A stretch of 64,000 nt of DNA from Paraspadella gotoi. Its lineage: Eukaryota; Animalia; Chaetognatha. Position 1 is the stretch's first letter, and each line of letters opens with the position of its first letter. The notes beneath the pieces are model-generated. The model was not told the origin of the DNA. It did no database searches and worked only from the letters and a program-made list of their open reading frames with translations. Shown in pieces: positions 37,201-51,360 of this stretch. A program made the position numbers and the translations under genes. The DNA is taken from NCBI GenBank assembly GCA_051294375.1, contig CM119270.1, positions 19,789,741-19,853,740 of the forward strand, written 5' to 3'.

Positions 37201-40200
37201 CCGATCAAACGATGTTGACTATACCTGGTTTAACAACTGGAATGCTCTACAGAGTTATTGTGGAAGCATTGGTCAAAGTTAAAACAGATATAAGAGATAC
37301 TTCTGTGAATGGACCAGAACGAATAGTCAATATATTATCAGCTCCTCTGTTTGCAAGGACTTGTGCAGCGGTTGAAGTTCCTGTGCTTACAGTAACTCAA
37401 TATTCTGCAAATAGCATTGTTTTAACTTGGGAAAAGCCAAAAGAGCACACTGTGGTAAAAAATCAGGCAGACCCTGAAGCCAAATTAAAGTATTTGCGAA
37501 CTCCTTTATTAGGATACCGGCTTGAAATTAATAAGAAACCCTACATGAAACTAAGAGCTTCAGCATACTCTTGCACATTGTCGAAATGCAAGCTTGGTAA
37601 ACCGTATGAAGTTGTGCTTGTAGCCTTGTCTTGCACTGAAGAAGTCTACCGTGAAAGAAGGAAAAAAATTAAAGGAGCCCTACCGCCAAATGAGATGCCA
37701 GTTGGCAGCAGTAGCAAAAGTTCAAATGTTAACAGCTTAGATATTTTGATCGGAACTGATGACGAGGATATCAATGATGAATCGGCATCAAAACCAGTGA
37801 CAGTAACCATTCCTGTATTGAGGTGTGGCGTCACTCATATTGGTGGTAAGTTTGTTCCCCGGGACCTAATCACAAGCAGTTCATTCATCGGCGATATAAA
37901 ACTAGAATGGAAACGTCCAGATCCAACTGAAGGTTTAGTCCTTCAATATGTTGTAACATGGTTTCCTTTATCTCTTGAAAATTTTGAATCAAAATCAATG
38001 AATGTTCATTCAAGTTCAGCCAGTTGTTCCCTTCCAGTGACAAACATGCGTACAATTTATCAAATCAATTTTAAATGCAGTCTACGAGATGGAACGGACA
38101 GTGAGATTCAAACTCTTCAGGTCTTGGTTCCTGGTCCTCCAGAAAGTCCCGATCTTTGGGTAAATGAAATCTCCTCGGCTGAATTTGAAATTGAATGGGG
38201 TGAGCCGAGAGCTTTTGGGGCAAAGTTGAAGGGTTATCAAATATATCTGAATGACAGAAAAGCAGGTGCTATGATATCTGCTCATCGCCACAAAGCGGTT
38301 ATTCCTTGTCGCTCTAACAGAGAATACAAAGTATCCATAATTGCACTCAGCGATTGTCCAGCCTTTGAAGAGTCAGTGCCCAGTGCCCCACTGTTCATTA
38401 AAACACCGCGAGGTCATGACGGTGCCGATGATGATGGCACGGTGACATCTGATGGAGAAGGAGAATTGCTTGGCGTGAAAAAAATTGACCAAGAAGATGC
38501 TGCCATTGTGCTGAAAATAACAAACGTGACCAATGATAGCATCTCTTTAGATTGGTCGAGCTTTCTTGATCGTGAGGGAGTTGTTGGGTACAAAGTTCAG
38601 TGGAACACAGAGAAACAGCCCTGGATGCGAGAAGCACTGGTTGGTTCCGACTGTTTTCGTTATATCTTGAAAAACTGTGTGCCTGGAATGACTCACTATT
38701 TACGAATCATTGCCCTGAGCGACGAGGACTTTATTATAGCCAAGTCTAAGAGAATCACAGTACAGACCTCAGCACCGCCCGGCACCTGCAAACTCTCATT
38801 GAGAGCCTCCAACTTTAATTATATCAGTGTGGAGTGGTCAAAGCCACCTACTTTTGGAGGTGCGCAAATAACTGGATTTAAAGTCTTCGTGAACAACAAC
38901 ATGAAGGTGCTTCTTGGAAGCGAAGAGACAAACTACACTCTGACCGAAGGATCGATGTGTCAAAACTACACATTTCAAATTCAAGCACTTTCAAACTCTG
39001 AAAAGCTCAATGGACAACTCTCACAGCCACTTACCATAACTTGGCCAGGTAAAGAAATTATAAGAAAAGTATAAAACTAGAAATACTAACATTCTCTTCG
39101 ATGACAGTTATGTCGTAATTAAAATCAAATAATCAAAGTTGAAAATAATATTTATTAAAAGAAATAGATTTAAAATGTGATCAAAGAATAAACTATAAGT
39201 TTTAATTAAAAAAATAATAATTAAAAATAATATTAATAATTAATAATAATAATAATAATTAAATTCATATTTATTTTTGTATTCATTTATAAATATATAT
39301 TACATGCATGTAAGATTTTTCCCAAAAAATAAAAAAATCAGGAATCAAAGTTCCGGAATTGAAGGAGAGACGTGTGGAGCCTTACTTAATCAGCGTCGGT
39401 TGGGACGAAGTTTACGCGACGGCAGGAGTCAGGTAAGTTAAAACATATTGGTTGACCATATAATGTCGATATCGGTATCATAATCATTATCATCATCATC
39501 TGTCACAAAATGTGGGTTTTGAATATCTTATGTAATTTGAAAAGATATACTTTTCTACCAAACGTAAACTTGTGCGTCTTATTTCACTAATTTAAAATGG
39601 ATCTGATTGCCACGCCCCTTTCTTTCCCCGCCCCTCGTTCCTCACAGACTCGCTTACTTCGTCGTGACTTGTGAACGCGACGAAGACGGTGAACGGTTCA
39701 CCGAAGGACCTCTTCATCCAGATACTCGAAGCGTCACTTTCACCGACATGACACTTGGACATTACGTTTGCCAACTCGAGGTAAGGGCTCATATGTGGGG
39801 TTTTTTTTGTCATTTAGTTAAATGCTTAATTAAATACATTTTTAGTTCAATTCAATTAAATTTCAATTGTTATGGTTCGAAGGTACGTAATTATTAAAAA
39901 TATTACAGAAGGAAAAGTTAAATCTTCTTAAAATTTTAATTTAAAATTTAAAATATATTTTTTTAATCCCGCCCCCTTTGCCTTAAAGGTTGCCGTCCAC
40001 GGCCTGGACGAGCTCCTCCACTCTCCACCCCTCAACATCAAACCGGCCGTCAACCCCGACCCTCCCTCCATCCACGTCACCGTCGTCGGCCTCGAGGAGA
40101 GACTCAAAGTCGAACGCGTCGCCGTCGACCTCATCAACAAACGCGACCGGCTGCTGGGCGTGCTGCGGCTCTGTCAGGCTGCGTCGGCGGAAGCGGGCGT

Positions 40201-41051
40201 CGCCACCACGCGCACCGACGAGACGCTGATGCGGAAGATGCTGGGGAAGATCAATCAGCTGGACATGATGCTCAACGAGTGCGTGGAGACGCTGGCCGGG
40301 TTGACGGGCCACTTGGAGGTTAGTCGGTAGTTGAAGGAAGAGAGTTTTTAAAAAAGCAGGAAGCAGGGAAGGATTGAAAAAGTAGTACGTCAATAGGTCT
40401 AGAGAAAATAAACTGAAATATTTCAGACTTACATTTTACAGATTATAATCAAGCGTACAATAAATAATACAATCAATTAATAAAAGATTGAAATAATATT
40501 TTTACTTTTTTTGACATAATAAATTAATACAGAATAAATGACATCAAAAAGTTAAAATATTAGAATATTTAAATAAAGTCCACAACTCAATCTTTTCCAG
40601 GTCCACCTCTCCTGGACGGCCAAACAGTCGAGCCCCGACCTCGTCGTCTCCGGATTCCAAATCCTCGTCAACGGACACCAATTCGGTCGCAAACTTCCTC
40701 CGTCCAAACGGAGCACCCGGTTCAAGCTCGAAGTCAACGAACCCGTCAAACGGATCTGCATGACGACCTTGTGCGACGTGCCCAAGTCCAATAGTCGAGA
40801 CGGCGACGCCGTGGAGATTCTCACCGGCGCCTTCAGACCCTTCTCCTTCTTCTGCCTCCACGGGATGCACCGAGCCGGCGTGGAGTGGCCCGTCCAGGGA
40901 TGCTGCGCCTATCAGGACACTCTCGCCGTCGAACGCCACGCGCTCAAGTCGACGGATCGAGTCAGGCTGCTGCATCAGGGGCTGCTCCGGCTGCAGATCC
41001 CGCCGCCGCGCTGTCACGCGCGACACGTGTTCGACGCGGAGTTTCGGTGAG

Positions 41052-41098
<47 letters not shown>

Positions 41099-44000
41099 AT
41101 GATAAAATTTATTTTGTGAAAAAATAAAATAGTAGAAAAAAGCGATACTTCGGACTGACAATGCCAAAAGAGAAGTTTTAAATATTACATTTAATTAAAT
41201 AAATTATTTATTTTAAACGTTAAACTTGCTTGTGACAAAGCGTAGGAGAAAAATAGGAAATAGGAAGATGCTAAAAAAATGAACAAAGAAAAAAAAACAA
41301 AAACAAAACGAAACAAACGTACTATAAGAAATGTAACAATGTAATGATGACGTAATGTAATCCCACGAACCCCCAGCGCCCTCTTCCCCGACTCCGGCTT
41401 GGACCGTCCCGTCCTCCTCCTCTTCTGGACCGCCTGGTGTTCCGCCTGTCAACGACCAGGCGACGCCTTCATCTCTTTCGCCGCCGAACATCACGACAAG
41501 TACGAGTTCGTGATGGCGGCGACGAGCGGCGAAGACAACGAAGCCGCCGAGGACGCCGACTCCGCCGCCGCCGTCGCCGCCGAGATCGAGAAGCGGCGGT
41601 GGCGGCGAGACGGCATAGTGAGGCACGTGACCACGGAATTGTCTGAGCCCGTGGCGATGCCCCCGCTGTCGAGGCGAGGGAGCGTGACTAGGTGAGTTAG
41701 GGGAGGATGGGTGAGGAGTGGGTGAGTGAATGTGATTGCGTGTGTCTGGGTTTAAAGGAGAGATGCGTTGTGAAAGTAAATAATGTACCAAAACTAGTCC
41801 CAGAATCAGCAGCACCTAAATGGCGCCAGAGATATCATATGCTTCTCCCTAATTCTAATGATTTGTAGCAGAGTAATTTCTGGTCCGTTTCAAATGCGAT
41901 TGAGTGATTCAATCTCATTTGCATACTGTAGTAAGTTAGATCATGCCCCTCGTTAGATATTCAGGTTCGCGCCTTGCTGATTCGTACAAGAAATCAAGAG
42001 GAGGAATTTGCTGTCAGATTATCAAACTTGTATGAAATGAAATGTGATTTTACTCGCGGCATCATCTTCCACAATACATTTTTTTTTCTTTTATCTTCAT
42101 TAACTCATTTCGCCCCTCTCCCCTATTCTCACCCCTTTTCCCTCCCCCCTCCCCCACCCCCACCTCCTTCTCTCAGTCTCCACTCCCGACGAAGGCGTCA
42201 CTTCCCTCGCCCGTCTCTACGGCGTCAGGGGCGTTCCCACTCTCGTCGTCGTCCACCCGCACGGCTACATCGCCTGGAGAGGGCGTTACGCGGCCCACGA
42301 CGTCGAGGGATACGAGAAGATGTTGCAGGTTGGAAGTCCGGCAAATGTTTCCTTTTCGATAGTTTAATTACTAGTTTAAAGTTTTTTTTAGTTAAAATAT
42401 TTAAAAAAATAAAATATTGTAAATATAATTTGCATATTGTAGAAAAGATAAATTTAAATTCGTCTAATATTTAAATGTTAAATTAATAAAGTTAAAGTAT
42501 TCGTTGTTTAGGGATCGATCTAAATCATATTTTTTTAGTCATACAGATTCACCAAATATGGTGATAACTGGATTACGACCAAAAAAGTTAAGAGATAATT
42601 AAAATTTCATCTTAATTAAGTTAATTTAAAACTTCATCCATTCCGTTGACTCTTCTTTCACACGCGACCGAATTTCTCACTTTCACGAACTTCAGCACGC
42701 CGTCTGTGAAACGCTGAGAGAACCCTGTCCCGTGACCGAGTGTGACGTGTGCAAAGGCGACACGAGAGTCGACGGAAGAGGCGCTGGATTTCACGCCACA
42801 GATTTGGGAGGACAAAGCGTCAGTCGCGTCTTTCAGGTGAGAAATTTTATTTGAAGTCATTGCTTTATTCGTTCATTTTTTAAATTAATTAATTCATTCA
42901 TTCATTCATTTATGTATTCATTCATTCATTCATTCAATATTTCGTACCTTCCTCTATTCAATCTTTCATTCATTTATTAAATTCAATAATTTATTCGTTT
43001 TTTTACATTTATTCATTCCATTCTTTCAATGTTTCTTTTATTCATCTCATTCTATTAATTAATTAATTAATTAATTCCATCCATCCATCCCTCCCCCTTT
43101 CCCAGGGAGTCAATCGCCGTCGCAAGACCGGCTGGGCGCCGGAGGAGGAGGAAGAGGAAGAGGATTTAGCGGAGGAACTTGAATATGCGGCGCCTGGAAA
43201 GGGCGCGCGCGGCGCCGCGAAAGCCTCCGGCGGCGCCGCTATCTCGAGATCGCTCGGCGCCGTCGCGACCGAGAACGGCGCGGTCGTTGAGCCGATCGCG
43301 AGCCGCCTCTCTCGTCTCTAGTCGAGCCGCGCCATCTTCCGGTCGAGCCACGCCCCTCAAAGCGTTCGACGTGAGGTCGCTGTCGCCGACGAGCGTCACT
43401 TCGGAGACGAGGGTCAGTTTAGGAGGAACAAAGAAGAGGAGGAGGAGTAGAGCGAGGAGCGAGGAGAGAGGAGGAGGAGAAGATGAAGAGAGCGAGGAAG
43501 AGGAAGAAGGGGAGGAGAGCCGGACCCGCAGCGGACGCAGCGGACGCAGCGTCGACCGCAGCAGCGCCGCCTCGACGACGAAACGGAGCGGCGCCGAGAC
43601 GAGGTCCCTAGCGTCGGCGGCGTCGACGCTGCGATCGGCGCGATCCTTGCGGCGTCAATCCGGCGCCAGTCGAGCCTCGGCGGCGTCGAGATCCATTTCG
43701 TCGAAACACTTCTTGGGTCGAGTCACGGCGCCGCCTTTGAGCGCCGGAAAAAGAGCGCCGTCGGGTAAGGATAAGTGAGGGGCGCCGTTGAAAACAGTGC
43801 CGGAAAGCAAAAAAAAGACCGCGGAAAACAATCCTGGGAAAAACAGCGCCGGGGAAAACAGCACCGCCAAAAACAGAGATAAGAATTAAGATAACAGGGC
43901 CTGGCAAAACCACCGGAAATTAGAGGGCCGTCTTTTGGTGAGTTTAAATCATTGGCGAAATCCACTAATGAAGTGACTTTCGTCGTTGCTCATGATTTAA

Positions 44001-47000
44001 TGACGATTTTTCAATTTCTCGTTAAAAATTCATGATTACATTTTTCCAAAATATAATTGCCTTAATTGATTTCCAATACGAATGTTATTTTTGCGTCTTT
44101 TTTTTTACGAAACATTAACCATGTGTACGTTTTCCATCTTTATTTTTGGGTTATTATTTATTGTTCCTTTTTATTTACACGAATAAAAAAAAATCATTAT
44201 TTATATTTTAAGTGTCATTTGTTTCATCACGTAACAAAGTTAAATTTTTACATAATCTTATTAGTATACGTAAAAGTCATGCCAAGTTAGGAACTTTTTC
44301 CTAAGTTAGGTAGTTTGTCAAAGATCGTAAAAGCCTTTTAATCCGGAATCGAGTCTCAGCAACCAAAAAAAAGGAACTCACCTTGCGTTCTTGTCCCGTT
44401 CTCATCGGATGGATAATTAAGAGCGTCTTAATCTTCACCATATGAGCGAAATAAAGAAAAGGAGGAGCTTACCTTGATGCGTCGACCGAGCAGCGCAGGG
44501 CAGATGATGCAGATGAGGATGACAGCAGAGACGGGCGCGGTGCCGATGGCCACGGGAGCATCACGTTGATGGGGCTGGGGTCTGGGGAAATAGATGGGGT
44601 AGTTTAGTCGTTTGTTTCGTTCGGTATTTTATCCATTTCGTTCTCTCTTTCTTTCTTTCCATTTATTACTTGTTTCTTCTTTGTACGTCATTTCCTAATC
44701 CATTCTTGTTTAATCAATTCATTCGATGCTTTCATTCATTCATTCATTCATTCATTCATTCATTCATTCATTCATTCATTCATTCATTCATTCATTCATT
44801 CATTCATTTATTCATTCATTCATTCATTCTCATCCCTTTCTCCTCCAACCAACCTTTCTCGCAAATGAACGGCTGCAGTTCGTCGCAGTTAAAATCCTGT
44901 ACGATGTAATAAGCGCCATCTCTAACGTCACGAAGCACCTCGCATCTGTCGCTCGCGGCGATGCCTTTGATCCAGGGCTCAGATTTCCAAGGGTCGCTGA
45001 TCGCCACCTGTCGGGGAAAGAAAAAACGAAAAAGGGGGGGGGATCAGTGGGAGACAGTAGAGAAAGACAATAGAACAGAGGGATTCGTGGTTTTAAAAAG
45101 GTTGAAGAGATTTTCTTTTAAGGTTATTAGTTATTATTAATTATTACTATAAATTATTATTATTAATTGTTTTAAGGTTATGAGTTTTACAAATGACGTT
45201 TTAACTGTTGAAGGACGAGCGGTAGCAAGTCTCGACTCAGGAATTTGTTCAGAAGCGATATGAACGCTGTTCAATTGAACAGCGCAACGGGTTTACCGTT
45301 ATATTTAAAAAAAAATAATAATAACTTAAAATTTTACTGCTATTTCCTCTGATTGTTTTTTAAGGTCGATGCTCTCATTTATTGCCACTAAGAAAATTAA
45401 GATACAGTATCCAGTTATATGACGTTTAGTTTTATCAAAATCAACATCTAAGCAACTACACAACATATAAAATTACTAATAAAGTTACTTGTAAAAAAAA
45501 ATCCATTCAAAAAAGTCACTTTATGAGTAAAAAATATCCAGTAAAAGGCACTTCAATATGCAAATGAGAGTAAGAACTAATACAAATTTTAAAAAAATTG
45601 AATATGGTTCTAGAATTTTTAAATAGCTTATGTCGTATATATTAAATAAAATTTAGACAACACTAGTCATTTGTGATTTGGTTATTAGTATATTTTAATC
45701 AATCAAGGTATCATCACAAAGAAACATCACCTTCTCGTATCCTCATATAGCGAGCTGGCTTGGTACGACCCATTCTTCGTAATTTGTTGGCCAGACTCTC
45801 AGTAAGTAAACGCGTGCGAGGACTAGCGCCCTCTTCCTGTGTTGGAGAATGATTAATGAATAATACAATTATTATCTTAATAATCATGTAATTCATAAGA
45901 TTTTGTAGTTTAAACTCGCCTGACTCTGTGCGTGGCTCTTGAACATCGTGACGACGCTCCAAAGTAGTTAATAGCAAGTGTCTTCGTATTTTCCGTCCAA
46001 CCGTTTATTGCATTCCCGCTGATGACTTTATATAAATAAAAACAAATAAAATTACACGATTGATTTTAAGAGAAAGTCATTCAGCATAACAGATGCGTAA
46101 TCTTTATGTATTAAAGCTAATGACATCGAAAAATACATATAGTCATCATAATCACAAAAAAAATAAGTTTTTTAATATGTAAAACATTCTTTTTCAATCA
46201 TTTTTTTAAATCGGTAAATAACAAAAATTGTTAAGTTAAATGGTAAGCACATTTTTTTTAGAAGATTAGTTTTTCAATCTATTGTTTAAAAAATTCTAGG
46301 CTTAAGAAGTTAATAAACACGGTAAGGTTATAATTTAGAAGGGGCGAGAATTAAAAATTAATCTTGTCACTCTGTTGGTTTTCCAGTCGATGAAACAAAA
46401 TCTTCAGTTAAATTAGTTGGTAAAAGAAATTTGAGCTACAGTGAATCTATTACGAATTTGAAGAGTGGCAGAAAACACTAAAACGACTGCAATAATATTG
46501 ATTTAAAAATTTTATTAGCAAATCTTAAAAACATTTTGTAAAAATGTATAGAGAGACATTTGATAAACGCGTTCCAGTTATGAAGAATTCAGGGTTAAAG
46601 TTAAAAATGATTCATTTTTCAATGATACAAGTTTGAAAATTAAAAATTGTCTCTCTATTACATTTTTCGAATTCACTAATAAAAAATTCAGTAAAAAATA
46701 TCAGGATGGATTGGTGCTTTTTCGTTTTGACCTGCAACTCTCAGATAGGTTTCTATTTATTTATATTATAATTAAAACCATAAAAATGGCGTAGAATTGC
46801 ATCAAATGTTTAAAGGAATACATTTTTTCGAATCGGCAGGAGCTCAGCCTTCTGAATTTTTACTCAATGTTTTGCCTAATTTTTGAAGGTCAATTGATGA
46901 CCCTTCTTAACGAGTAGGAAACAAAGTCTAGAAAAAATGAATTTACATTTTCAACAAGAATAGATATAACATATGAAAGAATGTCATCATACACAAGAAC

Positions 47001-50000
47001 TGAGGTTTTTAGTTTTAATTTATTTTTTAAGGTGTCGCTAAAGTTTCAAAATATTTTTCATTCTTGTAGTTTTTTTTTTTTTTTTGGACTTCGTCTTCGG
47101 TCATAAATGAAAAATCGATTCCGTCAACATCGGAATTTTTTTTTTTGAAAAAGAAACCTTTTTTCGTTTTTAATAATATTATACGCTGTTTAATTATTTA
47201 AATCAAGTTAATCAGTAGTCTATGCTTAAATTTATCCGTTAATATATTATGACGTATTTCGTTTCAATCTATCTATCTGTCTATCTAACTATTTATCTAT
47301 CTATCTATCAATATCAATCTATCAATCAATCAATCAATATCGATCTATCAATCAATATCAATCTATCAATCAATCCATAATATCAATCTATCAATAAATA
47401 ATATCTATCAATCAATCAATCAATCACCTTATCTTTGGTGACGTATGGATCGAAGGCGATCTCCAAGAGAGTATCGTTGTCGTACTCGTCCCTAATTCGT
47501 CCCAAGACGTAGAATTCGCTCGTGGCTTCCGGACCCCAACAGTTTTCGTCGGCGTCGACGGTTTTGGGCAGCAGCTTCTTGAAGGGGTCCTTGGGATCGA
47601 CGGTTCTGGGGAGTTGGTAACATTTATTTATTATTGTTGAGTTTTTTAAGAAATTCTGATATGCACGATAGATAATAGTAAAGTACATAGATTGGTATAA
47701 TTTGAATGATTAGAATATATAGAATAGTATGAATAATGTAGGTAATTGTAGGTAATGTAAGTATAAATAATGTGAAAATATATGTAACTGATTAACTTAT
47801 TGAACGATTGCAAGATTGATAGATCAATTAATTGATCAATATTTTGATAGAATTATTAATTCATGTACAAATGAGAGCAACTGCGTATAATCGTAATCGT
47901 ACCTCACTTTTGCTCAACTTCATACTGTAACACTTTGCTTTCATCTTTCAAAACCACGAACCCATTCATCGAGATTCAAAACACCATCGATCCCGTGATT
48001 GATAATAAAATCTCACATAAGCTTTAAATCCTCGTGTCGTTATCTGATTGGTCGATCAGAATCACCTTCTCGGCCAATGAAAACTCGTGGATTAGATCGA
48101 TGATCGTTCGATGCACCTCAACGATCGAATAAAAAACCTTTCGACGCAACATCAACACAACATCATCGACAACAACAACTACATCGACTAGGGTCGAGCA
48201 TCTCGGACGATACATCATTTCAAACGCATTGGCTAAAAGTATTGGTGATTTTCATTGACTCCAAAGCGTTTGACCAATTTGCAAGGATTCGACCATCAGC
48301 TCCAAGAGAAAAATGATCAAAATGAGAACCTTTTTCGCTCTGCAAATTCTTGCTTTCTTGGTCTTCGTCCTTCTGGACAAAAGTCGAGAAGCTTCTGCAG
48401 TGAATCTCTTCATCAGCGCTCAACAGGCCGAGGCTTTCGTCGCCGACGTTAAGAGGTTGGTTTGGATGGATATTGGTGCGTGTGAGATGTGTGCAAATAC
48501 GTGCAAATGGCGTGTAAATTGAGGTAGACTGTTTTCATTGTTGGCGGTTACATTTGTTAGGGGGAGAATCATGCGTACCCCCTAACGGGTAATGATGAGT
48601 GTGGGGCGACCAAAGGAGTGGTCACCGAGAGTCAGAAGAGTGACAGAAAGTCTCGCTCCAACTAGGGAATGATTGATCACAGTGCACCCTGAATCTACAC
48701 TGTAATAGATCAGAAGAAAAACACAATGATCAAGAACCACATAACTATCAGTAACCCAACACCTTTCACTATTCATTAATAACTCATGATAGCTGAAAAG
48801 GAAAGACATTGAATAATTAATATATCAATAATAATAAATGAATAGACACGTGTTAAAATGGTTTTATTTGTCAATGAATTAATATTCAAATGAATAAAAG
48901 TCCGATGATGAATCTTCATGAAAGTTTCTTCGATACATCGTCTGATTAAATAGGAGAGTAAATTCGTTTTTTCGCTTTGATGGAATAAAAAAAATAGTTT
49001 AAAAAGTACACATAAATTTGGGAAATCTTTCTTCTTTTTTTACAAATTTAGTTAAATTTAACTTTGACGTATATATATTTTATTTTTCATATTTTTTTTT
49101 TTCTCATGAAAAAAAAAGCATCGATTCTTTTGTTTTTGTTTTTCTTTATAGCAAAGGCGCCGACGACGACTCAGCGGACGTCGGAAACGAAAACGAACGT
49201 AAATCGGAGTCACGGTTCGACCGGAGAGAATTGAGAAGGAGATACGGTACATGGAGGACAGTTTGGTGGAAAGGACACGAGAGAGTAGAGAGAGAGTAGG
49301 AGTATGAGAAGAGAGATGAGAGAGAGAGGAGAGAGAGAGAAGACGAGAGAAGAGAGAGAGAGAGAGAGAGAGATTTGAGAGAGACGAGAGAGAGAGAGAG
49401 AAGAGAGAGGAGAGATGATATTGATCGGACGATAGATCGCCTCGCGCAGGAGACGGCGCTGGAAACGGAGGAGAAAACGAGGGAGAAGGGGGAACTCTGA
49501 CGGGGTTCTTGTGGCGCGGCGTCGGCGGCGGCGGCGGCGGCGACGCCGAACAACGCCGGGACGCGGGCGACCGGCGTCGCGATCAAGACCGGCGCCGTGA
49601 TGAAGGGCGCCGGGAGAATTTCGATCGACGCCGAAGAGAAATTCGTCTCCCGAGAAAATTGAAGAAGAGAAAATGGAAATTGTCGATGATTGCGAATTGG
49701 CTGGGGATTGGGAAGATGGTGAGATGGTGGTTGGGTGGGTGGTCGGGTGGGTGGGTTGGTGGTTGAGTGGGAATGGGAAAGAAGGTGAGATGGTGGTTGG
49801 GTGATGGTAGGTAGGTGGGTGGGGGATGGATTGATTGGATGAATGGATGGATGAATGTGTTTATGCCAAAATAAATGAATGAGTGAATTGATAGCTGGAT
49901 GAATGAATTAATAAATGACTGAATGATTTAATGAATGAATGATTTAATGAATGAATGAATAAATGAATGAATGAATGAATGAATGAATGAATGAATGAAT

Positions 50001-51304
50001 GAATGAATGAATGAATGAATGAATGAATGAATGAATGAATGAATGAATGAATGAAACAATCTCTTGATATTTTAATCAACCAAAAACTATAATCATAAAC
50101 AAATGTTTTTATTATTATTTCAGAATTCACAATCGTCGCCGTCGGAAAATTCCGATTCTCAATTTGATCAAAACCGAAAAACTCGAAACTCTTTTCGTCG
50201 GGAGAAAACTTCTTCTTCGTCGTCGTCGCCTTCGTCGTCGTCACCATCGTCGTCGTCGTCACCATCGTCGTCGTCGTCTCCATCGTCGTCGTCGGACTCT
50301 AACGTCGCCGCCAGAATCATTTCCGGCTTCGAAAGATTTTCTCTCTTTTATTGTGACTTGAACGTCTTTGTTTTCTTTCTCTCGTTGCCATGGTTACGAC
50401 AGTTGTGGCGTTGAATCGTAATTTAAATTGTAACGTGGTTTTTAATTATTTATTAAATTATTAAATTGATAGGGTAGCGACTGGTAGCGTAGTATCTTTC
50501 GCTAGATTCGGGAATCGTATTTGTTTTTGTACTGTATTTAGTATTTACTGTATTTTTTGTGTGTGTCCCATGAATTATTCTGCGTTTAGAAATACATTTC
50601 GTTCTAGAATTCCTAGCTTTTTTAATTTTAAATGATTTTAAGCGAATTTTGCCACACAGTAACTTAAACTCAACCACAACAGACCACGCTCACACCCACA
50701 ACAAACCACGACTCACTGCTGATCCGTCTTGTTCCCGGCCATGATCTCGAAAATGTTCTGCTTGTTGTAAAAGTAGTTCCGAGTGTAGCGCTGCTCCGTC
50801 GTCCCGGCGAGGATGGTCGTGCTCCAGGGCAGCATCCGCGCGCGATTCTCGTAGAAATGATTCGCCATGATTNNNNNNNNNNNNNNNNNNNNNNNNNAGT
50901 TGAGGCTGAGGAAGGCGACTTTCTCGTAGCTTGGTGGGGGGGAGTGGAAAGGTAAGGTTGGGTGGAGGAGTGGAAGGGTAAAGGTTGGTGGGGGAGTGGA
51001 AAGGGTAAGATTGGGTGGGGGGAGTGGAAAGGTAAGGTGGTGGAGGGAAGTGGAAAGGTAAGGTTGGGTGAGGGGAGTGGAAGGGTAAGGTAAGGTTGGG
51101 TGGAGGGAAGTGGAAAGGTAAGGTTGGGTAAGGTTTAGAAAAATATCGTTTTTTTAATCTCCGTTCGTCTGTACGTCGGTACGTCGGTCCGATATTTATC
51201 TGTCCGTCTCTTCGTTAATGAAGAGAATGTTCAAAAAGTGTACATCCAACTGTGGATTTGATTTACACAACTTCTTTTAATGCTAATAGCGAGGCGACTT
51301 ACCT

Positions 51305-51360
<56 letters not shown>

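Noticed and set aside
32658-39048. Horizontally acquired or retroelement ORF, suggested by its different composition
   Set aside because: It splices in phase with both flanking exons, continues the same domain series, and has no RT or transposase motifs.
44382-44445. Extra bark exon ending at the minus-strand donor near 44381
   Set aside because: No convincing acceptor or frame in an error-rich region; the TM exon already joins 26138 in phase.
49861-50283. Minus-strand Thr-rich ORF
   Set aside because: Built from GAC and ATTC repeats; the plus-strand reading has better splice support.
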